Assembly (NCBI RefSeq): GCF_006345805.1
Contig: NC_043001.1
Location: 44,144,001 to 44,208,000 of the forward strand
From: Octopus sinensis
Taxonomy: Eukaryota
DNA: 64,000 nt
Direction of reading: 5' to 3'
Below the pieces are notes generated by a model that did no database searches, was not told where the DNA came from, and saw only the letters and a program-made list of their open reading frames with translations. Positions 27,101 to 39,700 of this stretch are shown here, piece by piece. Each line of letters begins with the position of its first letter. The first letter of the stretch is position 1. The position numbers and the translations under genes are program-made.

Positions 27101-30100
27101 AACCTCATGAAGGCAAAATGGCTTAGTTATTTTCGAGAGTTGGGCCTCATGGATGCAAAGTGGCTAAATTCCATTCAAGTGTTGGGCCTCATGGAGGCAA
27201 AGTGGCTGAGTTCCTTTCGAGCATTGAGCTTCATGGACACAAAGCAGCTGAGTTCCTTTCGAGCATTGGGCCTCATGGAGGGAAAGTGGCTGAGTTTCTT
27301 TTGAGTGTTGGGCCTCACAGAAGCAAAGTGGTTGAGTTCCTTTGGCTTTATGTCTTGCTTGAGAAGTTTCATCAAGCCAAGCAAAATCCTAGTCATGGCA
27401 GATACTGGTGGCACGTAAATGCACCTTGGTATCATACAAACGGCACCCACGCCAGTGGCACATAAAAGCACCCATTACACTCTCAGAGTGGTTGGCATTA
27501 GGATGGATGTTCAGACTTCCAGTGTGCTAGCCCAGTCAAACTGTTCAACTCATGCCAGCATGGACAACGGACATTAAATAATGATGGTAATGGTGAAGTA
27601 CATAAGTCAGGAAACAATGCTCTTGTATATCTGTCAATAGAGTAGGTATATTAATCGAAGTATACAGTATTATATATCCATTTTGGCTGATCTTACGAAT
27701 CAGTTTCACACTAGGAATTCAATGGAGTATTAGGTAACAGTCCAATTATGTATCTCTGCGCTCATCAGAGGTAGCCATTATCGAATGAAATATGGTGACT
27801 TTGTTTCATTACAGCTACTTCTGATGAGCACAGGGTTACATAATCAGACTGTTACCTAACACTCCATTGATTCTCTAGCGTTAAACCGATTGGTAAGATC
27901 AGCCTTAATGGATATATAATACTATACACTTCAATTAATAAATATATATATATATAAAACTTCTGTGTACAGTTAGATGAACAACTACTATTGTATGAAT
28001 TAGAGCTCCATATAGATTATCATTATCCGGTTACCTTCCAGTGTAGTAGTTAGTTGACCACTGTACTTAGCAGAGTTACTAATTATCAAATACTGAACTT
28101 ATGTTGTGGAAATTAAGATAAACACCAGAATAAATATTTAGTTCTTATGTAAGTTTCCCCATTGCAGTTATTTAGAATTCAGCATTGAATGTTCCAAATG
28201 CATTTGGATGTCTGACTGCACTGGATCATTGGGGTAATGCTTTGTTGCAGTCTGTTTAATTTTCTTCTTTCCTATTGGACTTTCTACTGTTTCTGAAGAA
28301 GAGCTTTACTCGAAACATTAAACCATCTTTCTTTCCTTCCCTGAGCATCTGCTAATACTTTACATGTACCACATCCTCGCGTTGTTATTTTGTGTTTGTT
28401 CTTCATTTTGTTTTGATTTATATATATATATACTAGCAAACTTATCCACCTACGATGGGTGATAAGAGCAGGGTAGAAATCGAGACAATTTAAGTTGTAA
28501 TGTATTTATTTTTAGTCATTTGATAGTGCTAAACTATATAGTGTACCTTATTGAACAATATATATGTAAACATTTACATAACACGTTCATGGTGCTATCT
28601 TTATAAAACCTCTTTGTAAACAATATTCTCCATTTGTCCTCAATTAAGTTTCAAATTAGCTGAATCTGTTGCCTTACTCATCGCTACATACAGCTGGCCA
28701 TACGTGAACATGGTGTGATCCAAAGTCTGGCCCTGAGACTTTGTTGGCCGTAAAGGAGAAGGCTAATTTGATAGGAAACTGCCTGCATTGTAACTGAAAT
28801 GGAAACTATCTGAAGGCATCAGAGGTATCTGTGGTATAAACAAATGTGTGCCAGTGTGAGGACCAGTTGCTATCACTGCTTCGATGACGTGAGAGATAAG
28901 TTCCATTAGCTGGGTCAAAATTCTGAAGCAGCATAATCAGACAACCCTTCTTCAAAGTTATTTTGTGTACTGGTAGTCCTGATGAATAAAACTTTTTTGC
29001 TACATTTTAATTAATGTGTAATATAATGCATGCATATCATGTCATCAACTGTTTTATACATCATAGTATGATACATAGTAGGAAAACTTACCAGAGCAAA
29101 AGTCCTAAGTGTTGACTGTAGACACGTTCCTTCGCAAATGATCAGCTATTATTTTGTAAACAATGTTTCGAAACTGTTCATGTGTTTGAAAGGAGAGATG
29201 TGACTCCCAAACTCACAGGTTCCCAAAGTTACTTCATTCGACAATATAACTCAATAGAGGGAGAAGGGTGAGTGTGGGGCGTGGAGGGAAGAGGAGGTCA
29301 AACTGATCTCTAGGGGAAAAGGTAGGCCTCTTTATTCCTCTTACACGACTTATGTCTGGATGCCAAATTTGCCTCAATTGATGGTATTACTCGGGTAGAG
29401 GGTGGTAGTGGGGCAGGGGCAGAAGGAAGAGGTCAAGCATTTCCCTTTAGGAGGGTATAGGCCATCCTATACCTTCTGCCAAAATTGTCTCCAGGTGCCA
29501 AAGTTACCTCAATTGATGGAATTTCTCGGAAAATAGGGTGGGGGATGGGGGAGAAACTAAACCTATATATATATAAACCACCCTAGAGATCCCACGAACA
29601 CTCCTACAAAGTTTCATGCCAATTGGCCTAACTGTTTGGCCGTGATGTGAGTACAGACGGACATTAAACCCATTATAGTATGATATGAGCAGAATTTAGG
29701 TTAGTTGATCTCAAAGCACACATAAATAACATATAAATAATAGGCTTAAAAACCCTTTTGGACAGAAAATTGAATGTTGGCCATGGGACACAAACACATA
29801 CCTCCTTTGACTTTTTCTATACAAAAGGGGCTTCCAACCCATTAGTTACATGCTATAATCTATTATATAAAATCCGTTCTGTCTGTCTGTGTGTGTGTCT
29901 TTTAGGATCTCAGGCATCCTCCATCCGATTGCACTCAAATTTGATATGTAGATACTGACGGTATCAGGGCATGTATAAGTCTTGAAAAAATTACAAAAAT
30001 CGATTCCAGGTGAGAATGTGATCGATAAAGCTGTGGGAACATGCATTTGTACATGCCAGTACATTAGCTGTTGCGATTGATACTATGTGTACATGAGAAA

Positions 30101-30679
30101 AATGCATGTGCAGTTTGTGCAAAAAAAGCTGGCTGGCTTGAAATAATGCCACAAAATGGGATGGTCGGACAAGTTGTTTTGAGAAAATTTGGTTTAAATG
30201 TTTGACAACTCAGCACCTTCTATTGGACGGGGTGGGGGGCGTTTTGCTCATATATACATGTCTGTTGGTTATATATTTATATGTACGTACACTACCGTCA
30301 GAAATTAATTAGCACCCTTGATTTGCTCTTCACTCAAGGTATGTGCTGTCACCTAGTGGCCATATCTCGAACTATTGCTTTGTTGCGAGTTCACTGTTGC
30401 GCAGAACGATGATGTAACTTTGTTTGCAGAGCAGTTTGAGAGTCTACAGCCTTATGATGTTGACATAGCAGTGCAACAACAACTTGGAGTGCGGATGCAG
30501 ACAAATCTTCCTTTGTTTAATAGATATAGGTAGCGCCTCGCAAGGACCGAAATCACACCATACTAAGTTTTCTCATCGCGTAAGACGTTTTGAACAGCTC
30601 ATAGGTTAATTGATTTAACCTATTTAATGCAGAAATTTGAGAAGTGCTAATTAATTTCTGACGCAAGTGTATATGTACG

Positions 30680-30742
<63 letters not shown>

Positions 30743-33700
30743 TTAGCAATTAAGGACAACTACTTAATAAGGAAAACTTAACAAGAAATTGTCAGGTAGA
30801 TAGCGTGAAAACCTCATAAGAGAAAAAATTTCGAAAATAATTATTTCTTATTGAACATATTAATTTATATATAGAGGGCATTATACATACATGCCAGAGG
30901 GCATTATACATACATGCCACACGCTAAGAGGGACAATTAGTCATTTCTACCAAAAATATTACTAATCCCACCGAATGCAATTTTTCAAAGTAAGACATTT
31001 AAAAAATATAGACCTGTATCACAGTGATTTCATACTTACGTATTCATCAGCAGGCCTGAATGTATCATAAATAAACGACCCTGTCCCGCTGAAGCCGATC
31101 AGCTAACTGATCAACATCAACGAAGCACATGGGTGAGTTTACATATATTACATCCTGTAAATGGCATACTTTTACGAATTGCATTTCGGGAAAGGAAAAG
31201 GTTTTTCGGAATAAAAATTTAACAATTAAGGACAACTACTTAATAAGGAAAACTTAACAAGAAATTGTCAGGTAGATAGCGTGAAAACCTCATAAGAGAA
31301 AAAATTTCAAAAATAATTATTTCTTATTGAACATATTAATTTATATATAGAGGGCATTATACATACATGCCAGAGGGCATTATACATACATGCCACACGC
31401 TAAGAGGGACAATTAGTCATTTCTACCAAAAATATTACTAATCCCACCGAATGCAATTTTTCAAAGTAAGATATTTAAAAAATATAGACCTGTATCACAG
31501 TGATTTCATACTTACGTATTCATCAGCAGGCCTGAATGTATCATAAATAAACGACCCTGTCCCGCTTAAGCCGATCAGCTAACTGATCAACATCAACGAA
31601 GCACATGGGTGAGTTTACATATATTACATCCTGTAAATGGCATACTTTTACGAATTGCATTTCGGGAAAGGAAAAGGTTTTTCGGAATAAAAATTTAACA
31701 ATTAAGGACAACTACTTAATAAGGAAAACTTAACAAGAAATTGTCAGGTAGATAGCGTGAAAACCTCATAAGAGAAAAAATTTCGAAAATAATTATTTCT
31801 TATTGAACATATTAATTTATATATAGAGGGCATTATACATACATGCCAGAGGGCATTATACATACATGCCACACGCTAAGAGGGACAATTAGTCATTTCT
31901 ACCAAAAATATTACTAATCCCACCGAATGCAATTTTTCAAAGTAAGATATTTAAAAAATATAGACCTGTATCACAGTGATTTCATACTTACGTATTCATC
32001 AGCAGGCCTGAATGTATCATAAATAAACGACCCTGTCCCGCTTAAGCCGATCAGCTAACTGATCAACATCAACGAAGCACATGGTGAGTTTACATATATT
32101 ACATCCTGTAAATGGCATACTTTTACGAATTGCATTTCGGGAAAGGAAAAGTTTTTTCGGAATAAAAATTTAGCAATTAAGGACAACTACTTAATAAGGA
32201 AAACTTAACAAGAAATTGTCAGGTAGATAGCGTGAAAACCTCATAAGAGAAAAAATTTCGAAAATAATTATTTCTTATTGAACATATTAATTTATATATA
32301 GAGGGCTTTATACATACATTATACATACATACAATAAGAAATAATTATTTTCGAAATTTTTTCTCTTATGAGGTTTTCATGCTATCTACCTGACAATTTC
32401 TTGTTAAGTTTTCCTTATTAAGTAGTTGTCCTTAATTGCTAAATTTTTATTCCGAAAAAACTTTTCCTTTCCCGAAATGCAATTCGTAAAAGTATGCCAT
32501 TTACAGGATGTAATATATGTAAACTCACCCATGTGCTTCGTTGATGTTGATCAGTTAGCTGATCGACTTAAGCGGGACAGGGTCGTTTATTTATGATACA
32601 TTCAGGCCTGCTGATGAATACGTAAGTATGAAATCACTGTGATACAGGTCTATATTTTTTAAATGTCTTACTTTGAAAAATTGCATTCGGTGGGATTAGT
32701 AATATTTTTGGTAGAAATGACTAATTGTCCCTCTTAGTGTGTGGCATGTATGTATAATGCCCTCTGGCATGTATGTATAATGCCCTCTATATATAAATTA
32801 ATATGTTCAATAAGAAATAATTATTTTCGAAATTTTTTCTCTTATGAGGTTTTCACGCTATCTACCTGACAATTTCTTGTTAAGTTTTCCTTATTAAGTA
32901 GTTGTCCTTAATTGCTAAATTTTTATTCCGAAAAAACTTTTCCTTTCCCGAAATGCAATTCGTAAAAGTATGCCATTTACAGGATGTAATATATGTAAAC
33001 TCACCCATGTGCTTCGTTGATGTTGATCAGTTAGCTGATCGGCTTAAGCGGGACAGGGTCGTTTATTTATGATACATTCAGGCCTGCTGATGAATACGTA
33101 AGTATGAAATCACTGTGATACAGGTCTATATTTTTTAAATGTCTTACTTTGAAAAATTGCATTCGGTGGGATTAGTAATATTTTTGGTAGAAATGACTAA
33201 TTGTCCCTCTTAGCGTGTGGCATGTATGTATAATGCCCTCTGGCATGTATGTATAATACCCTCTATATATAAATTTATATATATATATATATATATATAA
33301 ATCTTTGTATAATTGTCTGCATGTATGTATATACTTGTTGGTAGGTTTAATGTAAATATATAGATGTTTATCTATGTACCTATTATTTATTTATCTGCAT
33401 GTATATATGTACTTATGTAAGTATCACTCTCTCTGAATATATATGTATATACACACACATATGTTGCATATGCATATACTACATATATATGTGTGTGTGT
33501 GTACACACACAAAGAGAGAGAAATTCAATATATATATATATATATATATTTTACTTATCTGTCCTACATAGTTGTTTTTTTACATATGAATTAACCTGAT
33601 TCAAATATCTGTTTACATAGCTATCTTAACATAGTGGAGAGTTAAAGTATATAGTCATTATTGCTGTTTTGCAGTCATGACCCATGGATTAAAACGTCCA

Positions 33701-36700
33701 CTTTGCTACTTTTTGGTTTTGTGTTTTAATCTACTGTATGGAGCCTTGAGAAAATGTCTTCCTCCATAACTTCAAACTTTGAAATATATTGTGTTTTCTA
33801 ACTCTAGGTTTTTTGAGGCATCTCTCCCAGATGTAATGCATAACAAGCTTTTAATAACATATTTTCATGTGGTATGGCTCATCCAGTGGGAAACCAAGCT
33901 TACCTACTTTCAAAGACCTGCCTTTCTAGCTGAATGCTGCTAAAGTTTCACTTGTAGAGGAGATCTGATCAGTTAGATATGCTCTCATTTCTATGAAACT
34001 CTGGCTGGTGACTTTGCGAGTCTCCACCTGCTCATCTACAAATAGAAACTGTGCTTAATGTACTGAATGAATTTTTGCTTTTGTTTTGCCTGTCTGTCTG
34101 TCTGTCTCAATCTATCTATCTATCTCATGCACACATGTGTGTAAAATCCTACATTTTATTAATTACTTACATGCACATGTAGCTGTATGATTGGGAAATT
34201 TGTTTCCCTGCCACATGTTTTGAATTCAATCCCATTGCTTGGCACCTTGGGCAAGTGTTTTCAGTTGTAGCCCCAAGTTAACTAAAACCTTGTGAGTGGA
34301 ATTAAATGACAGAAACTGAAAGATGCTCATTGCACATATATACGTGTGTGTGTGTGTGGTTGTGACTACTTGTTTTGACATCATGTAATTATTGTAAATG
34401 TGCGTCACTGTCATACAACATTCTGCAAAGTCATGTCTAACCATGGAGAAACATTACCTTGCTTGGAAACAGGTGAAGAAGGGCATCTAGCCATGAAAAT
34501 CTGCTTCAGTAAACTCCATTCAACCCATTCAAGCATGGAACAGTGGATGTCAAAATGATGATTATCAAAATCTAACTTCAAATACATAAAAGGCTTTCAG
34601 GCTTTTAACTCTGTGCCACACAAAAGACTTATGGTGAAGCTCTCTGCGTTGGGCATAAGAGACGAACTCTATAACTGGTTGAAGTCCTTGATTTTCGGCC
34701 AAAAAGAGGTTGTCACAGTTCTAGGACAGCACTCTTCGCCCTATGAGATGACATCTGGTGTACCACAGGGATCTGTTCTTGGCCCCCTTTTATTTGTTGC
34801 ATATGTTAATGACATAGATACCAACTTAAAGAATGCCACAGTGCTGAAATATGCAGATGACATCAAGCTGTACCTCGAAATAAAGAGGTCAGATCCTGTA
34901 CACTATAGATCTCTATTGCAAGCAGACCTGGACACAATGCAGCAGTGGCTCATGGACTGGCAACTCAAGCTGGCTGTGGACAAATGTACCACTATGCATT
35001 TTGGGAGGAGAAACCCAGCGTCCACCTACTCCCTCCACAACACTAGTCTCAAAAAGTCTTCATGTGAACGTGACCTGGGTGTTATTGTCGACAGTGATTT
35101 GCGTTGGACAAAACACATCGCTAAAATTGTCAACAAGGCTGAGGGTGTCTTGCCTTACTTCCCTGGGCATGGACACATTGAAACTCCAACGTCTGGCAGC
35201 TGACTTGGCAGACACCCATAAAATTATCAACCATCGTACAAACAATAACTCTGAGCACCTTTTCAAACTCCACCCACCTAACACCCGTGGACATATTTAC
35301 AAAGTCAGAAAACAGCACAGCTCCCATGACTTTAGGAAACATTTTTTCACGCTGAGAGTTGCTGAAGCATGGAACAAACTGCTGGCATCAGTTGTTAGTT
35401 GTTGGAGCACTGCATCCTTCAAAACTTCCATGCTTTCTGAGATTCGCCAACACTACACCTGATTTTCTCCCCTCCATACACACACAAGCATGTATCTGAC
35501 TCATGCATTGTTCGCTTTCCAGACATTTGTACATTACTGCATGTGCTTTATATGCGCTGTCTGACAAGTTGTGGTGCACCTGAGCACTGTATACAATAAT
35601 TTCATTATTATAAACTCTTTCATGTATCATATTTACCTTTTATTTGTACATTCAAATACAAATCTTTGTGTGAATTCAGACATATCACCATGCATGTTTA
35701 ATTCATGGTGCAAATCTTGTGTTGAATTTTACAGAAATAATAAATATTTTAATGGCATTAGCAATTGAAAAGTTTTGTCTTGATTGTTAAAATCTTATTG
35801 ATTTATTTACATCATTGTTTGCAGTAAACCCCGTCCCAAAATTTTGGATAATATTCTACAGAATATTGGTAACACGCCTTTGGTGAGAATAAACAGAATT
35901 ACTCAGAAGGAAGGAGTGAAGTGTGAAGTCTGTAAGTATCTAAATATTTTCATTAATTTTTGGTATCCACCAAGCACTCTTTTGCAGTTCATTAAGTATA
36001 CACTTACAGCAATAGTTCTGGACGACTTTGCCTTTCATCCTTTCGGGGTCGATAAATTAAGTACCAGTTACACACTGGGGTCGATGTAATCGACTTAATC
36101 CATTTGTCTGTCCCATCTATGTTTAGCCCTCTGTGGGCAATAAAGAAATAAGAATATGTTTGGACATGTTTGAGAGCAAATCCATCTTATAAAAGATGAA
36201 GTTTGTTGAATCAATAAGTTTTAGTATCATTAACCTTGAGCTTTCTGTACTGAATGATTGTACACTGTTGCTTCAGTAGATCTAAATAGAAGCACAGGTA
36301 TGGCTGTGTGGTAAGAAGCTTGATTCCCAATCATGTGGTTCCATGTTATGTCTCATTGCATAGCACCTTCAGCAAGTGTCTTCTATAGCCTTGCACTGAC
36401 CAAAGCCTTGAGTGGATTTGGTAAACAGAAACTGATAGAAGCCCATTGTACATCCTCCTACCATCACTTGACAACTGATACTTGTGTGTTTATGCCCACT
36501 TAGCAGTTTGGCAAAAGGGGTGGTAGAATAAGTACTAAGGGTCAAATTCTTTGACTAAAACCCTTTAATGCAGTGCTTCAGCATGGCCACAGTCAAATGA
36601 CTGAAATCAGTAAAAGAAAAGAATAAAGAATAGTAAATGTTCGAGAATTTAGTTATTGGATTCTGACAATGCTGGGGCACTGACTTGAAGGGTTTAATTG

Positions 36701-39700
36701 AACTAATTGATCCCAGTTCATGTTTTTTTTCCCTTTGTTAAATGTGGTATTTATTCCATCAGTCTCTTGCTGAACTATTAAGTACCAGGGATGTAAACAA
36801 ACTAATATTGGTTGTCAAGCGGTTGGGCAGGGGCAAACACAAACCCACACACACACATAGATATACATGTATACAATGGGCTTCCACATGTTCCGTCAAG
36901 CAAATTCCCTCTCAAGACATTGGCAGGCTCAGAGCTGGGAACTATAAGTAATATTGTAGAAGACACTTGCCTGAAGTGCCTCACAGTGGGACTGAACTCA
37001 GAACCATGTGGTTGCAGTCATTCTTGCACATAACTAAATATTAATTATTGTAAATTTTGTGCTATGCATCATCATCATCATCATTATCATTTAGCTTCTT
37101 TCAGTTTCTGTCTATCAAATCCACTCTTGAGGATTTGTTTGGCCCAAGGCTATAGAAGATACTTGCCCAAGGTGCCACATTGTGAGACTGAACCAAGAAC
37201 CATGTGGTTGAGAAGCAAACTTCTTACCACACAGCCACGTCTGTGCCTCTAGCTTAATGTGATTATTTGAAAAGAAAATGATGACAGTGATTCGAATGTA
37301 TGTTATTAGAGTAACACTGAAAAGCAGTGTTCAGTAGGTCATGTCAAGTAGAACCTATGAACACAACCCAGTCAGAAATTGTATCACACATTTTCCAAAC
37401 AAAAAATGGGAGAAACAGTCTAAAATCATAGTTGTAGCCAACTTTTATCTTTTTTCTATTATTAACAAGAAATTATTATTTTTTTTTAATAAAATGAAAT
37501 AAGTGAATAGTAATTCTGAAAACCACTTTTCACTAACGACTTTATGGTTGTCAGGAGAAATCAATAATTACTATTGACAAAAATGATAACATAAAAATAA
37601 TTCAGTCTCAGATGAATGGGCAAAGGGGGTGGAGGTGGGAGAAAAATCAATAAATCTATGAAATACTTACTCGTATCAATTTAAATAAATAGTAATGTGA
37701 CACACAAACTTATATATGTGCAATGACACCAGCATGTTACAGACATATCCATCTGTGCATGCCACTACTGTATGCTATGGACTCCATACCCCATCCATGT
37801 GCACACCACATGGCTTAGTAAGAATATTTGGTTCACAATCATAGGGTCACTAGTTCAATTCTTGGTGGCATGTGTCCTTGAGCAAGACATTTAATATCAT
37901 GTTGCTCCAATCCAGTCATTGGGTACAAACAAGTAGCAACTGTATTTCAAAGGGTCAGCCTTGTCCCATTCTGTGCCACACTAAATCTCCCTGAAAATTA
38001 CGTTAAACATACATGCGTTTGTGGTGTATTCAGCCACTTGCATGTCAGTTTCATGAGCAGAATACTCTGTCGATCAGATAAACTGGAAAACTTGTCATAA
38101 CTGATGGAGAGCCAGTTTGTGCACACAGTTACCAGTATTTTACAGACCTGTACATATGTGCATGCCCTTGAGAGCATACTACAGAGCTATCCATGAGTTT
38201 GGTTACCATTGACAAGATCTATGATCAAACACAACCCAGCTGTGACCATCTCTCATAAATTTAGTTAATATATAGGTGCAGGAGTGGCTGTGTGGTAAGT
38301 AACTTGCTTACCAACCACATGGTTCTGTGTTCAGTCCCACTGTGTGACACCTTGGGCAAAGTATCTTCTACTATTGCCTTGGGCTGACCAAAGTCTTGTG
38401 AGTGGATTTGTTAGACGGAAACTGAAAGAAGCCCATCGTATATATGTATATGTGTGTGTGTGTGTGTGTTTGTCCCCACAACATCGCTTAACAATCGATG
38501 CTGGTGTGTTTACATCACCATAACTTAGCGGCTTGGCAAAAGAGACCGGTAGAATAAGTACTAGGCTTATAAAGAATAAGTCCTGGGGGTCGATTTGCTC
38601 AACTAAAAAGCGGTGCTCCAGCATGGCCGCAGTCAAATAACTGAAACAGGTAAAAAAAAAAAAAGAAAATAAAAGAGTATGTATTGAAATATCAAACTGC
38701 TGCTTGGAACATTTGTTCATTTGTTTGTTTAATGTCTGTCATTTTCCATGCTAGTAGAGCTTGGGTGAAAATTGATTTTAAGTTAAGATTTTATGACCAG
38801 ATGCTCTTATTACCAATCCTTAAATGTTTTTCTTTTAAGTAAGGGATTTTTTTTTAATATTCCAGAGTAGTTGGGAAGCATAGAGCTATGGTCATAATGT
38901 TAACCCCTTGACAACAGTTGACGCAAATATGCGATCGCACTTTTGCTTGCCTACCCACAGTTAACGTAAATATACGATGTAGAGCTGCCCTATATCTATC
39001 ACGGACTTTTTAGCGGCTGACGTATGTTTACGTTCGCTATCGTGTACTTTATCTCTTGTGGTGCGCTTACTCGCTGTCCCGTGCATTTTCTTAGCTATTT
39101 TAGGTTACGTTCAAGTCATGAGACTAGCAGTAGACTAATGATATGTGGATACTTTACATGCATATGCATTGGTACAGGTGGTATAAAAGTAACGGTCTCC
39201 AACAAAAATGCATCATAATTCAAAATGTCTTCAAATCAATTACAACAAATTCTGCGTTCATGCTTCGCTCCTCCATCAGCGAATTTACGTTCGTCATCGC
39301 GCCTGATAAATGAAATTATTGAAGTTTCTGAGCTGTCTAACTACAGAACGCATGGACGTCCTCACACCCGACTGACATTTCCCACGCTTCATACCACCAA
39401 TGGAAAAAAAGCAGAATTCGGCATGGAAATGTGTTGTATGCACCTAACACCACTGTAGGCATGAAACTAGATATCATTGTCCTTTGCCTAATACCGTGTT
39501 TTGAGTTGTACCACGCGCAGGCTATTTTTTTAACTTGAACAGAATAACTCGTGCATATCATATTTAGATAAATAGCTTCACATAGTTCGTTTTCATAAAC
39601 TGGTTGACATAAATGTACGAGACTATGGTGAATGTAAATAGACACGAACTCGTTGGCACTTGTGTGTTTGTGTTGCCTCATTAGAAAGAAAAACCGGAGC

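Larger units (their letters stand above)
27649..27940. repeat. ~290-bp diverged foldback with hammerhead-like motif in each arm
   Basis: Arms 27649-27775 and 27814-27940 are reverse-complementary with scattered substitutions. Confidence 0.9.
30742..33275. repeat. 476-bp hammerhead-containing tandem repeat: 3.3 direct units (30742-32319) plus ~2 inverted units (32332-33275)
   Basis: Unit starts at 30742, 31218, 31694 and 32169 (periods 476/476/475). The inverted block pairs with ~31340-32280 around a 51-nt loop. Bounded by (TA)n tracts. Confidence 0.97.

Noticed and set aside
27062-27471. ORFs with 14-aa repeats ([14 protein letters not shown])
   Set aside because: 42-bp minisatellite in an RTE 3' UTR, open by chance in several frames on both strands.
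28168-28233. AG/GT-bounded segment encoding SKCIW, resembling the CBS heme motif SRCTW
   Set aside because: No PD or SPH context; the true heme exon is 24903-25055 with correct phases; this segment lies next to repeat sequence.
30742-33275. Inverted array as a pure sequencing foldback chimera
   Set aside because: Inverted units carry a variant combination and private CpG transitions that do not mirror the adjacent units. Judged unlikely, but only long reads can exclude it.
35844-36089. ORF-track proteins at 35844 and 41278 as standalone genes
   Set aside because: They are CBS exons 3 and 4 read through into intron sequence.
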